Of a DNA stretch of 64,000 nt, positions 48,829 through 58,391 are shown in pieces. The stretch's first letter is position 1; each line of letters begins with the position of its first letter. Source of the DNA: Desulfobacterales bacterium (GTDB taxonomy: Bacteria; Desulfobacterota; Desulfobacteria; Desulfobacterales; SpSt-501); contig JAUQXK010000013.1 of NCBI GenBank assembly GCA_030834695.1, positions 25,980-89,979 on the forward strand, given 5' to 3'. Position numbers and translations under genes: made by a program. The notes beneath the pieces were generated by a model. The model did no database searches. It was not told the origin of the DNA and worked only from the letters and a program-made list of their open reading frames with translations.

Positions 48829-49128
48829 TCGTCGCCTGCGGAACCGCGCCAGGGTGTCTCAGGCTTTTAAATGTCTTTTCTTATTGGTTGGTTATATGAC
48901 CGGAGCGATGGAGAGGGTGCGGGTTCAGGCGGTTGTACGCACGCTAAAAGTCAATCAATTGACTGCTGGGTGCGAGGGGTCAATTGACGTTCAGGGCTCC
49001 CGAGCCGAGCCGCATTCGCCCCGCAGGCCAGGCTCGTTCAGATATTGAGAGTCCGGCCCTATCCATCCCCGTGGAGCAGCGGCTCGGAGCAAGCGGAGGA
49101 TCATCGCGATAGGAGCCATCCCATCCGG

Positions 49129-49178
49129 CTCATCAACATTTAGTATTCAACTAACTTTTCGCTCACTATATGTTGATT
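49129..49178 (+). promoter_or_regulatory. Pho-box-like 11-bp periodic repeats upstream of phoH
   Basis: CTCATC (49129), TTAGTA (49140), CTAACT (49151), CTCACT (49162), TTGATT (49173). Confidence 0.45.
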
Positions 49179-49257
49179 GACCATCTTTACCCGGGCTCCA
49201 AATTGAGATACAATTCAACTGATGCGTCCATCCAATCCACGCGAGGTGCGACGAAAA

Positions 49258-50448
49258 ATGGAGCAGAAGAACTACATCATCGACACCAATGTCCTGCTGG
49301 AAGATCCCAATTCGCTGGTCAAGCTGAGGAACGGGAACGAGAACAGCGTTTTCATTCCCTACCATGTGCTGCTCGAGCTGAACAAGATCAAGAAGGACCC
49401 GAAGCTTCGGCACATCGTCGCACGGGTGATCGAATATCTCGTGCAGAACCCGGACGCCTTCAAGGTTCTCAATGCCGAATCCATCGCCGACCCGTTTGTC
49501 AATCTGGTGGACAATTTCATTCTGGAGGAGATCCAGTCGAGCGGAATCGACAAGCCCATTCTGGTCACCAACGACCGGATCTTCCAGCTCCAGGCGCGGC
49601 TGCGCGGCATCAAGAGCGAGATCTACAAGGAGTCCGTCCCGTTCAAATCCGAGGCGGAATACTTTACCGGGTTCGTGGCCACCCGCGAGGAATCCGTGCC
49701 GAACGCCTTCATGTGGAACGAGCAGGGCAAGCCCCTGTTTTTCGGGCCGCAGGGAGAAAAAATCATCGACTACCAGCACAAGGTCTGGAAAGTGACTCCC
49801 CGCAATATTTTCCAGAACCTGGCCCTGGAGCTGATGACCCACCCGGACATCGATCTGGTGTCGGTGCAAAGCGAAGCCGGTTACGGCAAGAGCTACCTGG
49901 CGCTCGCGGCGGCGCTTTACCTCGTGCTCGAGCGCAAGTCCCACCAGAAAATCTTCGTGATCAAGCCCACCATCGAAATCGGCCAGAAGCTGGGCTATCT
50001 GCCGGGCAAACTCGAGGAGAAGATGGAGCCTTACGCGCGCTACATCGCCGACCTGGTCACCAAGCTTCACCGGCAGCGGCCGGCCAACAAGATTTTCATG
50101 GACGGCGACCTCTACCCGCCGCAGTTCAACCCCAAGACCTTCGAGATCCTGCCGCTGGCATACATCCGCGGCATGAACATCGAGCACGCCGTCGTCGTGA
50201 TCGACGAGATGCAAAACATGTCGCGGTCGGAGTGCCGGGCCCTGCTCACGCGCATGGGCGAAGGCGTGAAGTGCTTCTGCCTGGGGGATACCCGGCAGGT
50301 GGACAACCCCTATCTCAACCAAGAGAACAACGGGTTGAACTGGGTGGTCAAGAAGTTCAAGGGCAGCAGGAACTACTCCCACATCGTGCTGAAGGGCGAG
50401 AAGTCGCGCGGCCCCATCACCGATCTGGTGATTTCAACGGGCCTGTAA
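49258..50448 (+). CDS. phoH: PhoH-family protein with an N-terminal PIN domain (PhoH2-like)
   Basis: IIDTNVLL PIN motif, LVTND, AGYGKS, LGYLPGKLEEKM, YIRG, IDEMQN, TRMGE, GDTRQVD. Confidence 0.9.
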   Translation: MEQKNYIIDTNVLLEDPNSLVKLRNGNENSVFIPYHVLLELNKIKKDPKLRHIVARVIEYLVQNPDAFKVLNAESIADPFVNLVDNFILEEIQSSGIDKPILVTNDRIFQLQARLRGIKSEIYKESVPFKSEAEYFTGFVATREESVPNAFMWNEQGKPLFFGPQGEKIIDYQHKVWKVTPRNIFQNLALELMTHPDIDLVSVQSEAGYGKSYLALAAALYLVLERKSHQKIFVIKPTIEIGQKLGYLPGKLEEKMEPYARYIADLVTKLHRQRPANKIFMDGDLYPPQFNPKTFEILPLAYIRGMNIEHAVVVIDEMQNMSRSECRALLTRMGEGVKCFCLGDTRQVDNPYLNQENNGLNWVVKKFKGSRNYSHIVLKGEKSRGPITDLVISTGL

Positions 50449-50532
50449 GCAGCCGTTCTCCGCCGGGAGCGTCCATCCATCTGGCCGGCCGCGTCATTCC
50501 CTTATTCGCGGTTCGCGGCGCCTTATCAACAT

Positions 50533-50561
50533 CTCATGATTTATTAACATTCTCCTAACAT
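50533..50561 (+). promoter_or_regulatory. Pho-box-like repeats upstream of the arsC-phn operon
   Basis: CTCATG (50533), TTAACA (50544), CTAACA (50555) at 11-bp spacing. Confidence 0.55.
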
Positions 50562-50607
50562 CCCCCTTTTATGCATGAAGCCAATTAGGCCGGTTGGCCT
50601 GCGCGTA

Positions 50608-50762
50608 CTATCAAACCGGCAGCTAAATGCGTCAATACCGTCATGCCGGACTTGATCTGGCATCCACTCGCAACCTGGATTCCGACGCCTGCCCTGGAGA
50701 TCATTGATCCGGGGTTCGCCGGAATGTCGAACCTTGGCACATAGTTACTTGCCGGAGTCATA
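50608..50762. repeat. REP/MITE-like element
   Basis: CCGTCATGCCGGACTTGATCTGGCATCCA...TGGATTCC...TTCGCCGGAATG core, the same as at 56174; CCGGCAG...TTGCCGG outer inverted repeat. Confidence 0.6.
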
Positions 50763-50926
50763 ACAACCCGGGAGGAATCCATGCCGGAATGGTTGGTGGT
50801 TTTGATAATAGGAGCATGTTTCGTCGTGACGGTCTGTGCCATGAGGCGAAGGTCTCATTAAAGGCGCCCTGCCTTTTTGCAGCCTTCGGCAGGGTTCTGT
50901 CCCAGGCTATCCCCGAGGAAGATCTT

Positions 50927-51382
50927 ATGTCCGACCCGTTGAAAGTGCTCATCATCTGCCGGCATAACAGCGGCCGCAGCCAGATCGCCGAAGCCTACCT
51001 TAAGATGCTTGCCGGCGATCGGGCCGATGTGGCCAGCGCCGGACTGGAACCGGCCGGGACCGTGAATCCCCTGGTCGTGGAAGTGATGCGGGAGGAAGGC
51101 TTCGATCTTTCCCAAAAGAAGCCGCAAAGCGTCTTTGAGCTTTTCAAGCAGGGCCGGCTCTTCGATCACGTCATTACGGTGTGCAGCGATACAGAACAAC
51201 AGTGCCCCCTGTTTCCGGGCATCACCCGGCGATGGCATATGCCGTTCCCCGATCCATCGAGAGCGACCGGCACCCGGGAGGAAAAACTGGCTCAAGTGCG
51301 AATCATACGGGATATGATCAAAACCTGGCTGCTGAATCCGGGGCCGGACGATTTCGCGTCGAAAGCCGGCCTTTTGGGATAA
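50927..51382 (+). CDS. arsC: Arsenate reductase (LMWP/thioredoxin type)
   Basis: CRHNSGRSQIAE P-loop, SAGLEP, VITVC...QCPLFPG (two resolving Cys), PFPDP. Confidence 0.85.
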   Translation: MSDPLKVLIICRHNSGRSQIAEAYLKMLAGDRADVASAGLEPAGTVNPLVVEVMREEGFDLSQKKPQSVFELFKQGRLFDHVITVCSDTEQQCPLFPGITRRWHMPFPDPSRATGTREEKLAQVRIIRDMIKTWLLNPGPDDFASKAGLLG

Positions 51383-51479
51383 TCGCGGCGATCCCTTCCG
51401 CATCGCTGTCTTTTCATTTTTCTAACGGATCCCTCATCGTCTCCTAATCCGCAGCCGCCAAAGTGCCCTCCATGAAAAC

Positions 51480-52133
51480 ATGCGAGGGTTCGTGGCGTTA
51501 GCATTTCAGAAAAGCAACCTTGAGCCGGCCGAGGCGGCATCGGCGCCGCAGATTCATCCATCGGCCTTCGTCCAGGACTCCGTCATCGGCACCTATACCG
51601 ACATCGGGGCCGATTGGACGGTGATGGAATCGCGGCTTGGAGACTACAGCTATCTGGCCGGTTCGGACGGCACCGTCATCTACACCGAAATCGGCAAATT
51701 CTGTTCGATCGCATCGCATGTCGTCATCAACCCCGGCGACCATCCCATGGAGCGCGTCACGCAGCATCACTGCACCTACCGCCGCCGGCGCTACGGTTTC
51801 GCGGCCAGCGACGACGAGGAAGTCTTCGAATGGCGCCGCCGGCGCAGTTGCCGCATCGGCCACGACGTGTGGATCGGCGCCGGGGCCAAGGTCATGGCCG
51901 GGGTCCGCATCGGAACCGGGGCGGTGGTGGCCGCCGGGGCGGTGGTCACCCGTGACGTTGCGCCCTATCAGGTGGTGGCCGGGGTGCCGGCCCGGCCATT
52001 GCGCATGCGGTTTGCTCCCGAGATCATCGACCGGCTGACAACCATCGCCTGGTGGAACTGGGACCGTCGCACCCTGGAGCAGCGGTTCAAGGATTTTTCG
52101 AATCTGGAGAGGTTTCTGGCAATCTATGGATAA
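51480..52133 (+). CDS. Hexapeptide-repeat transferase of the type associated with phosphonate operons
   Basis: [52 protein letters not shown]. Confidence 0.85.
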   Translation: MRGFVALAFQKSNLEPAEAASAPQIHPSAFVQDSVIGTYTDIGADWTVMESRLGDYSYLAGSDGTVIYTEIGKFCSIASHVVINPGDHPMERVTQHHCTYRRRRYGFAASDDEEVFEWRRRRSCRIGHDVWIGAGAKVMAGVRIGTGAVVAAGAVVTRDVAPYQVVAGVPARPLRMRFAPEIIDRLTTIAWWNWDRRTLEQRFKDFSNLERFLAIYG

Positions 52134-52650
52134 ACGCGAAACACCGGCAGATGCCGGCCGCATGCGTTTAGCGGCATCAGGTTCCGGACGGAGCACCGGG
52201 CTGAAAGCGCGCCTGCTTGTCGCCGTGTCCGTCGCCGGCTCCGAGGAGCTTGAGGCCATGCTGGATCAGCTCTGGCCCATGGCCGAGTTCCGCGTGCGGC
52301 AGGCGCCGCGGACCGGGCTGGTCATGGTCACCGTACGCGATCCATTCGGCACGCCGTTCCATCTCGGCGAAGCCCTGGTCAGCGAGGCTGAAGTGGATCT
52401 GGACGGCCGCACCGGCTACGGCGCGGTCTGCGGGGATGAGCCCGAACAGGCGTTGTTGCTGGCGTCCGTCGCAGCGGCCGAGGGCAGCGGGCGGGCCGAC
52501 GTTCTGGCTGCCATCGGTGCGCTTATCGGTCCGCTCGAAGCCAAAGGCGCCGGCCAAGCGGCGCTTTCCTCCAAATTGGCCGCCGCTACCGCAGTCCGTT
52601 TCGAGTCGATGAAAAAAGAGCGCGTGGATTTCGGTTCTCTGGGCGGATGA
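52126..52650 (+). CDS. phnG: C-P lyase subunit PhnG
   Basis: [10 protein letters not shown]...[13 protein letters not shown]; C-terminal [10 protein letters not shown]. Confidence 0.82.
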   Translation: MDKRETPADAGRMRLAASGSGRSTGLKARLLVAVSVAGSEELEAMLDQLWPMAEFRVRQAPRTGLVMVTVRDPFGTPFHLGEALVSEAEVDLDGRTGYGAVCGDEPEQALLLASVAAAEGSGRADVLAAIGALIGPLEAKGAGQAALSSKLAAATAVRFESMKKERVDFGSLGG

Positions 52651-53246
52651 GGGAAGCCCATTCCATGAATCACGACGGACGCCGCAGTCAGAAAAACTAT
52701 CGCAACTTGCTTCAGGCTTTGAGCCGGCCCGGCCGGGTCGTGCGCCTGGACGGCCCGGACGGGGTGCTCCCGTTTGCCGCGGCAGTGGCTCTCGCGGAGT
52801 GTCTGCTCGATTCGGAAGTCGGTTTCTGTGTGATCGGCAATGGCAGCGCCCAGACCCTTCAAACAGCGATCGCCGGAGCCACCGGCGCGCGGACGGAACG
52901 CCTGGAGGCCGCCGATTTCGTATTCTTTTCAGAGGCGGGCAGCCGGGGCGGCGCGCGTCTGGCCAAGCGCGGTGGCCCCGAGTCTCCCGAGGATGGGGCC
53001 ACCCTCGTGTATTGCCTGGAATCGCAGCCGGCGGTTGTACGCGACCGGTTCCGCGTGCGCCTGACTGGCCCCGGCATCCCCGAGTCGAGCGGGATCGTGC
53101 CCGAGATAAGCGGGATCCCGCTGGAAGAATTCCAGGAACTGGTGACCATCAATGCCGACTACCCGCTGGGAGTCGACGCGTTTTTTGTCCGGCCGAGCGG
53201 CGAGGTGATGGGGCTGCCGCGGTCGACCCGCATCCAGGTGAGGTGA
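52647..53246 (+). CDS. phnH: C-P lyase subunit PhnH
   Basis: YRNLLQALSRPG, LLDSEV, PEDGATL, LTGPGI, YPLGVD, GLPRST. Confidence 0.88.
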   Translation: MREAHSMNHDGRRSQKNYRNLLQALSRPGRVVRLDGPDGVLPFAAAVALAECLLDSEVGFCVIGNGSAQTLQTAIAGATGARTERLEAADFVFFSEAGSRGGARLAKRGGPESPEDGATLVYCLESQPAVVRDRFRVRLTGPGIPESSGIVPEISGIPLEEFQELVTINADYPLGVDAFFVRPSGEVMGLPRSTRIQVR

Positions 53247-53250
53247 GGCG

Positions 53251-54351
53251 ATGGGCTATGTGGCTGTGAGAGGCGGGGCCGCCGCCATCGAAAACGCCGA
53301 AAAATTCTCCGAGGTGCGGCGCGCCGGCGGCGACGCGACGCTGCTCCAGCCGGAGCAGATCCGCGAACAGCTTCATTTGGCCGTGGACCGGGTGATGGGC
53401 GAGGGCTCCCTGTACGCTCCGGACCTAGCGGCGCTGGCCTTCAAACAGGCGGCCGGCGACACCTTCGAGGCGGCCTTCATCCTGCGCTCTTACCGCACCA
53501 CTCTGCCGCGCCTGGGATATTCCGAGCCGGTCGCCACCGAGGGCATGCGGGTGATCCGCCGCATTTCCGCGGCCTTCAAGGACATCCCCGGCGGGCAGAT
53601 TCTCGGGCCGACACCGGACTACACCCTGCGGCTGCTGGACTTCGAGCTGCAGGACGAATCCGTGTCGCAAACCCGGCAGCGGATCCAGCAGCTGCTGCGC
53701 GACACCGAACGGCTGCAGCCGCTGCCCGAGCGCTTTCCAAAGGTGGTTGAGATGCTGCGGCGGGAAGGTCTGTTGGTGCAGCGGCACGCGTCCGGAGAGG
53801 ATCCCGGCCTGGCGGACATCACCCGCCAGGCGATGGCCTTCCCGGCTCCGCGCAGTGCTCAGCTCCAGACCCTGGCACGGGGGGAAACCGGCGGCATGCT
53901 CGCGCTGGCCTACTCCAACATGCGCGGCTACGGATCGGTCCATCCGGTGATCGGAGAGCTGCGGGTGGGCTTCCTGCCGGTGCCGTTCAAGAATCCGCGC
54001 ACCGGATCGGTGGAATGCATCGGCGAGGTGCAGGTGACCGAGGCTGAGGTCATCGCGCGTCTCACCGCTGCCGAGGGATCGGCCCGGTTCAGCCTCGGCT
54101 ATGGGCTGTGCTTCGGGCACAACGAGACGAAGGCGATCGCGATGGCGGTCCTGGACCGGGCGATGTCCGGCGGAGAGCCTGCGGCGCCTTCCGAAGACCA
54201 GGAGTTCGTGCTGACCCACGTGGACGGCATCGAGTCCATGGGCTTTTGCAACCACTACAAGCTGCCCCACTACGTTACGTTTCAATCCGAATTGGACCGA
54301 TTGCGCCGCATCCAGGCAAGGCCGGGCCGGCCGAAAGACGAGCAGCCATGA
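53251..54351 (+). CDS. phnI: C-P lyase subunit PhnI
   Basis: MGYVAVRGG, VDRVMGEGSLY, RRISAAFKDIPGGQILGPT.DY..RLL, HP.IGELR, KLPHYVTFQSEL. Confidence 0.95.
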   Translation: MGYVAVRGGAAAIENAEKFSEVRRAGGDATLLQPEQIREQLHLAVDRVMGEGSLYAPDLAALAFKQAAGDTFEAAFILRSYRTTLPRLGYSEPVATEGMRVIRRISAAFKDIPGGQILGPTPDYTLRLLDFELQDESVSQTRQRIQQLLRDTERLQPLPERFPKVVEMLRREGLLVQRHASGEDPGLADITRQAMAFPAPRSAQLQTLARGETGGMLALAYSNMRGYGSVHPVIGELRVGFLPVPFKNPRTGSVECIGEVQVTEAEVIARLTAAEGSARFSLGYGLCFGHNETKAIAMAVLDRAMSGGEPAAPSEDQEFVLTHVDGIESMGFCNHYKLPHYVTFQSELDRLRRIQARPGRPKDEQP

Positions 54352-55289
54352 CACCCCGAATGCCATCCCGGGCCAGCGCACCGCCGGCGGACTGGCGCGA
54401 CAGTTTGCCGCCGGCCGAAGGCCGCTATTCCTACGCGTTTCTCGACGAGGGCGCCAAGCGCGAAATCCGCCGCCGGATGCTCAAGGCCGTGGCCATCCCC
54501 GGCTGCCAGGTGCCCTTCGGCTCGCGCGAGATGCCGATCGCCCGAGGCTGGGGCACCGGCGGGCTGCAGCTCACCTTGGCGCTGATCGGTCCGGAGGACG
54601 TGCTCAAGGTCATCGACCAGGGCGCGGACGACAGCGTCAACGCGGTCAACATCAAGAAGTTCGTGACCCGCGTTACGGGCGTGGCCGTCACGACCGATAC
54701 CGCCGCCGCCACCCTGATCCAGACCCGGCACCGCATCCCCGAAGAGCCGCTGCGGCCAAACCAGCTGCTCATCTTCCAGGTGCCGATCCCGGAGCCGCTG
54801 CGCCTGGTGGAGCCTTCCGAGCGCGAGACCCGGCGCATGCACGCTGAGGCGGACTACAGCCGGATGTGGCTTTATCTGTACGAGGATATCGTCAAATTCA
54901 ACGAGATTACGGTGGGCGCGCGCTACCCGGTGCTGGTCAACCGGCGCCACCTCATGGACCCCAGCCCGATCCCGCGCTGGGACCTGCCAAAGCTGGATCG
55001 AGGCGAGGCCCTGTTTCTGTTCTGTGCCGGCCGCGAGAAGCGCATATACGCCGTTCCGCCCTACACGGAGGTTCAGCCGCTGGCCTTCGAGGACTTCGCC
55101 TTTCGCGTCGAGGCGTTCGCCGGACGGCGCTGCGCTCGTTGCGGTTCCGTCGGAACTTACCTGGACGAGGTGATCGACGATGCGACCGGCCGGCGAACCT
55201 ATTCCTGCTCGGATACGGCCTTCTGTGAAAAAGCCCTCCGAGGCAACAGCGTGAAAGAGGCTCGCCCGTCAGGGGAGGACCGCGCGTGA
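54348..55289 (+). CDS. phnJ: Radical-SAM C-P lyase PhnJ
   Basis: YAFLDE.AKREIRR, AIPGCQVPF.SREMP..RGWGTGG, KVIDQG, QTRHRIPE, AGREKRIYA, C..C-X21-CSDT..C. Confidence 0.96.
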   Translation: MTPRMPSRASAPPADWRDSLPPAEGRYSYAFLDEGAKREIRRRMLKAVAIPGCQVPFGSREMPIARGWGTGGLQLTLALIGPEDVLKVIDQGADDSVNAVNIKKFVTRVTGVAVTTDTAAATLIQTRHRIPEEPLRPNQLLIFQVPIPEPLRLVEPSERETRRMHAEADYSRMWLYLYEDIVKFNEITVGARYPVLVNRRHLMDPSPIPRWDLPKLDRGEALFLFCAGREKRIYAVPPYTEVQPLAFEDFAFRVEAFAGRRCARCGSVGTYLDEVIDDATGRRTYSCSDTAFCEKALRGNSVKEARPSGEDRA

Positions 55290-56137
55290 CGCCCATCCTC
55301 CAGGTCCGGAACCTGACCAAACGCTACGGTCCGGGGTGCGCCCGATGTCTCGAGTCAACCGGCGCCCGACGCGAGACGAACCAGTGCCCGCGCTGCCGGT
55401 CGATCCTGGCCTGCCGCGAGGTGGCCTTCGAGCTTTACCCGGGCGAGGTCCTGGGAATCGTCGGCGAAAGCGGCTCCGGCAAAAGCACGGTGGTGCGGCT
55501 GTTGCATTTCGATTTCGAGCCCACGACGGGCGAATTCTTTCTCAGTCTCAACGGAAACGGCGCGCCGAAAATCGACCCCGGGCAGAACCTGTTCGGACTC
55601 AGCGCCTTTCACCGCCGGCAGGTCCGCAACGCGCGCATGGGGATCGTCTATCAGAACGCGCGCATGGGCCTGCGCATGAAAGTGAGCGCCGGCGGCAACA
55701 TTGCCGAGCGCTTGCTGATGGCGGGCTGGCGCCATGTCGGCCGCATGCGTGAGCGGGCGAGCGGCCTGCTCGAACAGACCGAGGTGCCGGTGGAGCGCAT
55801 GGACGAGCTGCCGCGGAACTTCTCCGGCGGCATGCAGCAGCGCGTGCAGATCGCCAAAGCCCTGTCGACCCACCCGGCGGTGCTGCTGCTCGACGAGGTC
55901 ACAACCGGCCTGGACGTCTCGGTGCAGGCGCGCGTACTGGACTTGATCCGCGGGCTGCAGCAGGATCTGGGGGTGGCGACCATCGTGGTGTCGCACGATC
56001 TCGGGGTCATCCGCCTGCTGACCTCGCGCACCATCGTGATGCGCCACGGGTGCATCGTCGAGGAAGGCCTGTCCGACCAGATTCTCGAAGACCCCCAGCA
56101 CCCCTACACCCAGCTGCTGGTGAATTCGACACTCTAG
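55286..56137 (+). CDS. phnK: C-P lyase ATPase PhnK
   Basis: GESGSGKST, SAGGNIAERL, FSGGMQQRVQIA, GLDVSVQAR.LD, DQILEDPQHPYTQLLV. Confidence 0.93.
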   Translation: MTPILQVRNLTKRYGPGCARCLESTGARRETNQCPRCRSILACREVAFELYPGEVLGIVGESGSGKSTVVRLLHFDFEPTTGEFFLSLNGNGAPKIDPGQNLFGLSAFHRRQVRNARMGIVYQNARMGLRMKVSAGGNIAERLLMAGWRHVGRMRERASGLLEQTEVPVERMDELPRNFSGGMQQRVQIAKALSTHPAVLLLDEVTTGLDVSVQARVLDLIRGLQQDLGVATIVVSHDLGVIRLLTSRTIVMRHGCIVEEGLSDQILEDPQHPYTQLLVNSTL

Positions 56138-56151
56138 GTCGTTTTAAGTAT

Positions 56152-56268
56152 GGTTAATCGTTGCGAAATAATACCGTCATGCCGGACGTGATCCGGCATC
56201 CAGAAAACCACTGGATTCCGGCCTTCGCCGGAATGACAACGTAAGGACAATTATGAAACGATTGATAA
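56152..56268. mobile_element. MITE-like element (inverted copy of the 43507-43659 family) between phnK and phnL
   Basis: GCCGGAATGACAACGTAAGGACAATTATGAAACG is the near reverse complement of CGGTCTCATAATTGTCTTTACGTCGTCATTCCGGC at ~43512. Confidence 0.7.
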
Positions 56269-56363
56269 GTGTTAGGTTTTAAGAGAAAGAAGTACTTTTA
56301 TAGCATTTAACTTTACTCCGTTATGCAACTGCTTAAAACTTCCAAGTAAGTTGGGTCATTTTT

Positions 56364-56414
56364 TGTGGGAGCGGCTTTCCAGCCGCGACGATCGAGGCTG
56401 AAAGCCTCTCCCAC
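56364..56414. repeat. REP-like element, copy 1
   Basis: TGTGGGAGCGGCTTTCCAGCCGCGACGATCGAGGCTGAAAGCCTCTCCCAC; near-identical copy at 61879. Confidence 0.8.
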
Positions 56415-56499
56415 CAAAAAACGTTCTTGCCGATAAAGTGGTGCCGCGCGCCATGGCTTGCTTAAAACTTAACACCTAAAACTTAAAACGGTTTTTTAC

Positions 56500-57192
56500 A
56501 TGCTCACCGTCGAAAACCTTGAAAAGCGTTTCGTCTCCCACTTCCTGAACAGGAAGGAAATCGTCGGCTTCCCTTCCGTCTCGTTCCGGGTGGATCGCGG
56601 CAAGGCATTGGGCCTTTCCGGCCCCAGCGGAACCGGCAAGAGCTCGGTGCTCAAGTGCATCTACCGCACGTACCTGGCGAGCTCTGGGACGATCACCTAC
56701 GAATCGACGGCCTGCGGCCGGGTGGATCTCACCGCCCTTCCGGAGAACGAGATCCTCAAGCTGCGGCGCACCGAAATGGGTTATGTGACCCAGTTCCTGT
56801 CGGTGCTGCCGCGCGTTCCGGCGCTGGACGTCGTGGCCGAACCGCTCCTTGCCGCGGGAGTGCCGCGGACGGAAGCGCGCGAGAACGCCCGCGGGCTGTT
56901 GCAGCGGCTGAGGATCGATCCCCGGCTGCACGACGCCTTTCCCTGCACCTTCAGCGGCGGTGAGAAGCAGCGCGTGAACCTGGCGCGGGCGGTCATCCGG
57001 CCCTCGCGGCTGCTGCTCCTCGACGAGCCCACGGCCTCGCTCGACCCCGAAGCCATGCAGATCGTACTCGATCTACTCGCGGAGCGGAAGACCCAAGGAA
57101 CCACTATGATCGCCATCTTTCACGACCGTTCCATCATGGACCGGCTGATGGATGACATCTACGCCATGCCCGAAAAGGAAACCGCATCATGA
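56500..57192 (+). CDS. phnL: C-P lyase ATPase PhnL
   Basis: GPSGTGKSS.LKCIYRTY, GYVTQFL, P.TFSGGEKQRVNLAR, LLDEPTASLD, AIFHD. Confidence 0.93.
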   Translation: MLTVENLEKRFVSHFLNRKEIVGFPSVSFRVDRGKALGLSGPSGTGKSSVLKCIYRTYLASSGTITYESTACGRVDLTALPENEILKLRRTEMGYVTQFLSVLPRVPALDVVAEPLLAAGVPRTEARENARGLLQRLRIDPRLHDAFPCTFSGGEKQRVNLARAVIRPSRLLLLDEPTASLDPEAMQIVLDLLAERKTQGTTMIAIFHDRSIMDRLMDDIYAMPEKETAS

Positions 57193-58373
57193 CCTACGAC
57201 ACGAATGGGGACGCCAACTTGATCATCCGCAACGTCCGTGCGGTGACGCCGGACGAAGTGGTATCGGATGCCGCCGTGGTCGTCGAAAGGGGAATCATCC
57301 GCGAGATCGCCGCTTGCCCTCTCGTCATGGACGGATTCGATGATATCGACGGCCGCGGGCGCCTGCTGCTGCCGGGGTTCATCGACATCCACAGCGACGT
57401 CATCGAAAACGCCATCCAGCCGCGGCCGGGCGGCCGCTTTCCGGTGGACGTCGCGCTCCAGGAGCTCGACAAGCAGCTGGTGGCCTGCGGGGTCACGTCC
57501 ATCTACCATTGCCTGTGCTTCCTGCACAGCGACGAGCACCCGCCGTTCCGCAGCGCTGAGATGACCGATTACCTGATCCACCAGATCCATGACCTGAAGG
57601 GCGGCTTCAGCGCCCGTACCCATATCCATGCCCGTTACGAGATCACCAACGACGAGGCATTCTCCCAGGTGGAGGACCTGATCGAGCGGCGATTGATCCA
57701 TTTCTTCTCCATCATGGACCACACTCCCGGGCAGGGCCAGTTTTCCGACGTGTCCAATTTCCGGACCTATTACGCCAAAGCGCGGGGCTTGAGCGAGGAG
57801 CATGTCGACACCATCATCGAGCGCCGCCTCGAAGCGAGCCGCCGGGTCGATTGGCAGGGTCTGGAGCATTTGGCACGGGTCTGCCGGGACAAGGGTGTTC
57901 GCATGGCGAGCCACGACGACGACTGCACCGATAAAGTCGCGGCGGTGAGCCTTCTAGGAGCGACGCTTTCGGAGTTCCCCGTGAATCTGGAAGCTGCCCG
58001 CGCCGCCCGACAGCACGGCATGATGATCTCGCTCGGGTCCCCGAACGTGCTGCGCGGCGCTTCGCTGACCGGCAATCTATCCGGCCGCGCCGCCCTGACT
58101 GCCGGCCTGGGCGACATCCTCTGCTCGGACTATGCCCCGATGTCTCTGCTGCACGCGGCGTTGCAGCTGCACCGCGAGGGCATCATGGACCTGCCGGGGG
58201 CAGTGCGCCTGATCACCCTGAATGCCGCCCGGGCCACCGGCATCGATCCGTTCACAGGCTCCATCACGCCGGGAAAGGTTGCCGACCTGGTGCTGGTGGA
58301 CGACCGGCGCAAGGTCGCCGCAGTCACGCGCACGTTTGTGGCCGGCCGCGAGGTGTTCAGCGCCGGCGACTGA
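57189..58373 (+). CDS. phnM: Ribose-1-phosphonate-5-triphosphate diphosphatase PhnM
   Basis: PGFIDIHSD, PRPG, MDHTPGQGQF, ASHDD, SEFP, PNVLRG.S..GN, LCSDY. Confidence 0.93.
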   Translation: MTYDTNGDANLIIRNVRAVTPDEVVSDAAVVVERGIIREIAACPLVMDGFDDIDGRGRLLLPGFIDIHSDVIENAIQPRPGGRFPVDVALQELDKQLVACGVTSIYHCLCFLHSDEHPPFRSAEMTDYLIHQIHDLKGGFSARTHIHARYEITNDEAFSQVEDLIERRLIHFFSIMDHTPGQGQFSDVSNFRTYYAKARGLSEEHVDTIIERRLEASRRVDWQGLEHLARVCRDKGVRMASHDDDCTDKVAAVSLLGATLSEFPVNLEAARAARQHGMMISLGSPNVLRGASLTGNLSGRAALTAGLGDILCSDYAPMSLLHAALQLHREGIMDLPGAVRLITLNAARATGIDPFTGSITPGKVADLVLVDDRRKVAAVTRTFVAGREVFSAGD

Positions 58374-58391
58374 AACCGGAAAGGAGGACGA

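Noticed and set aside
51480-52133. Chloramphenicol/streptogramin acetyltransferase resistance gene
   Set aside because: The [13 protein letters not shown] motif and overlap with phnG fit the phosphonate-associated hexapeptide family
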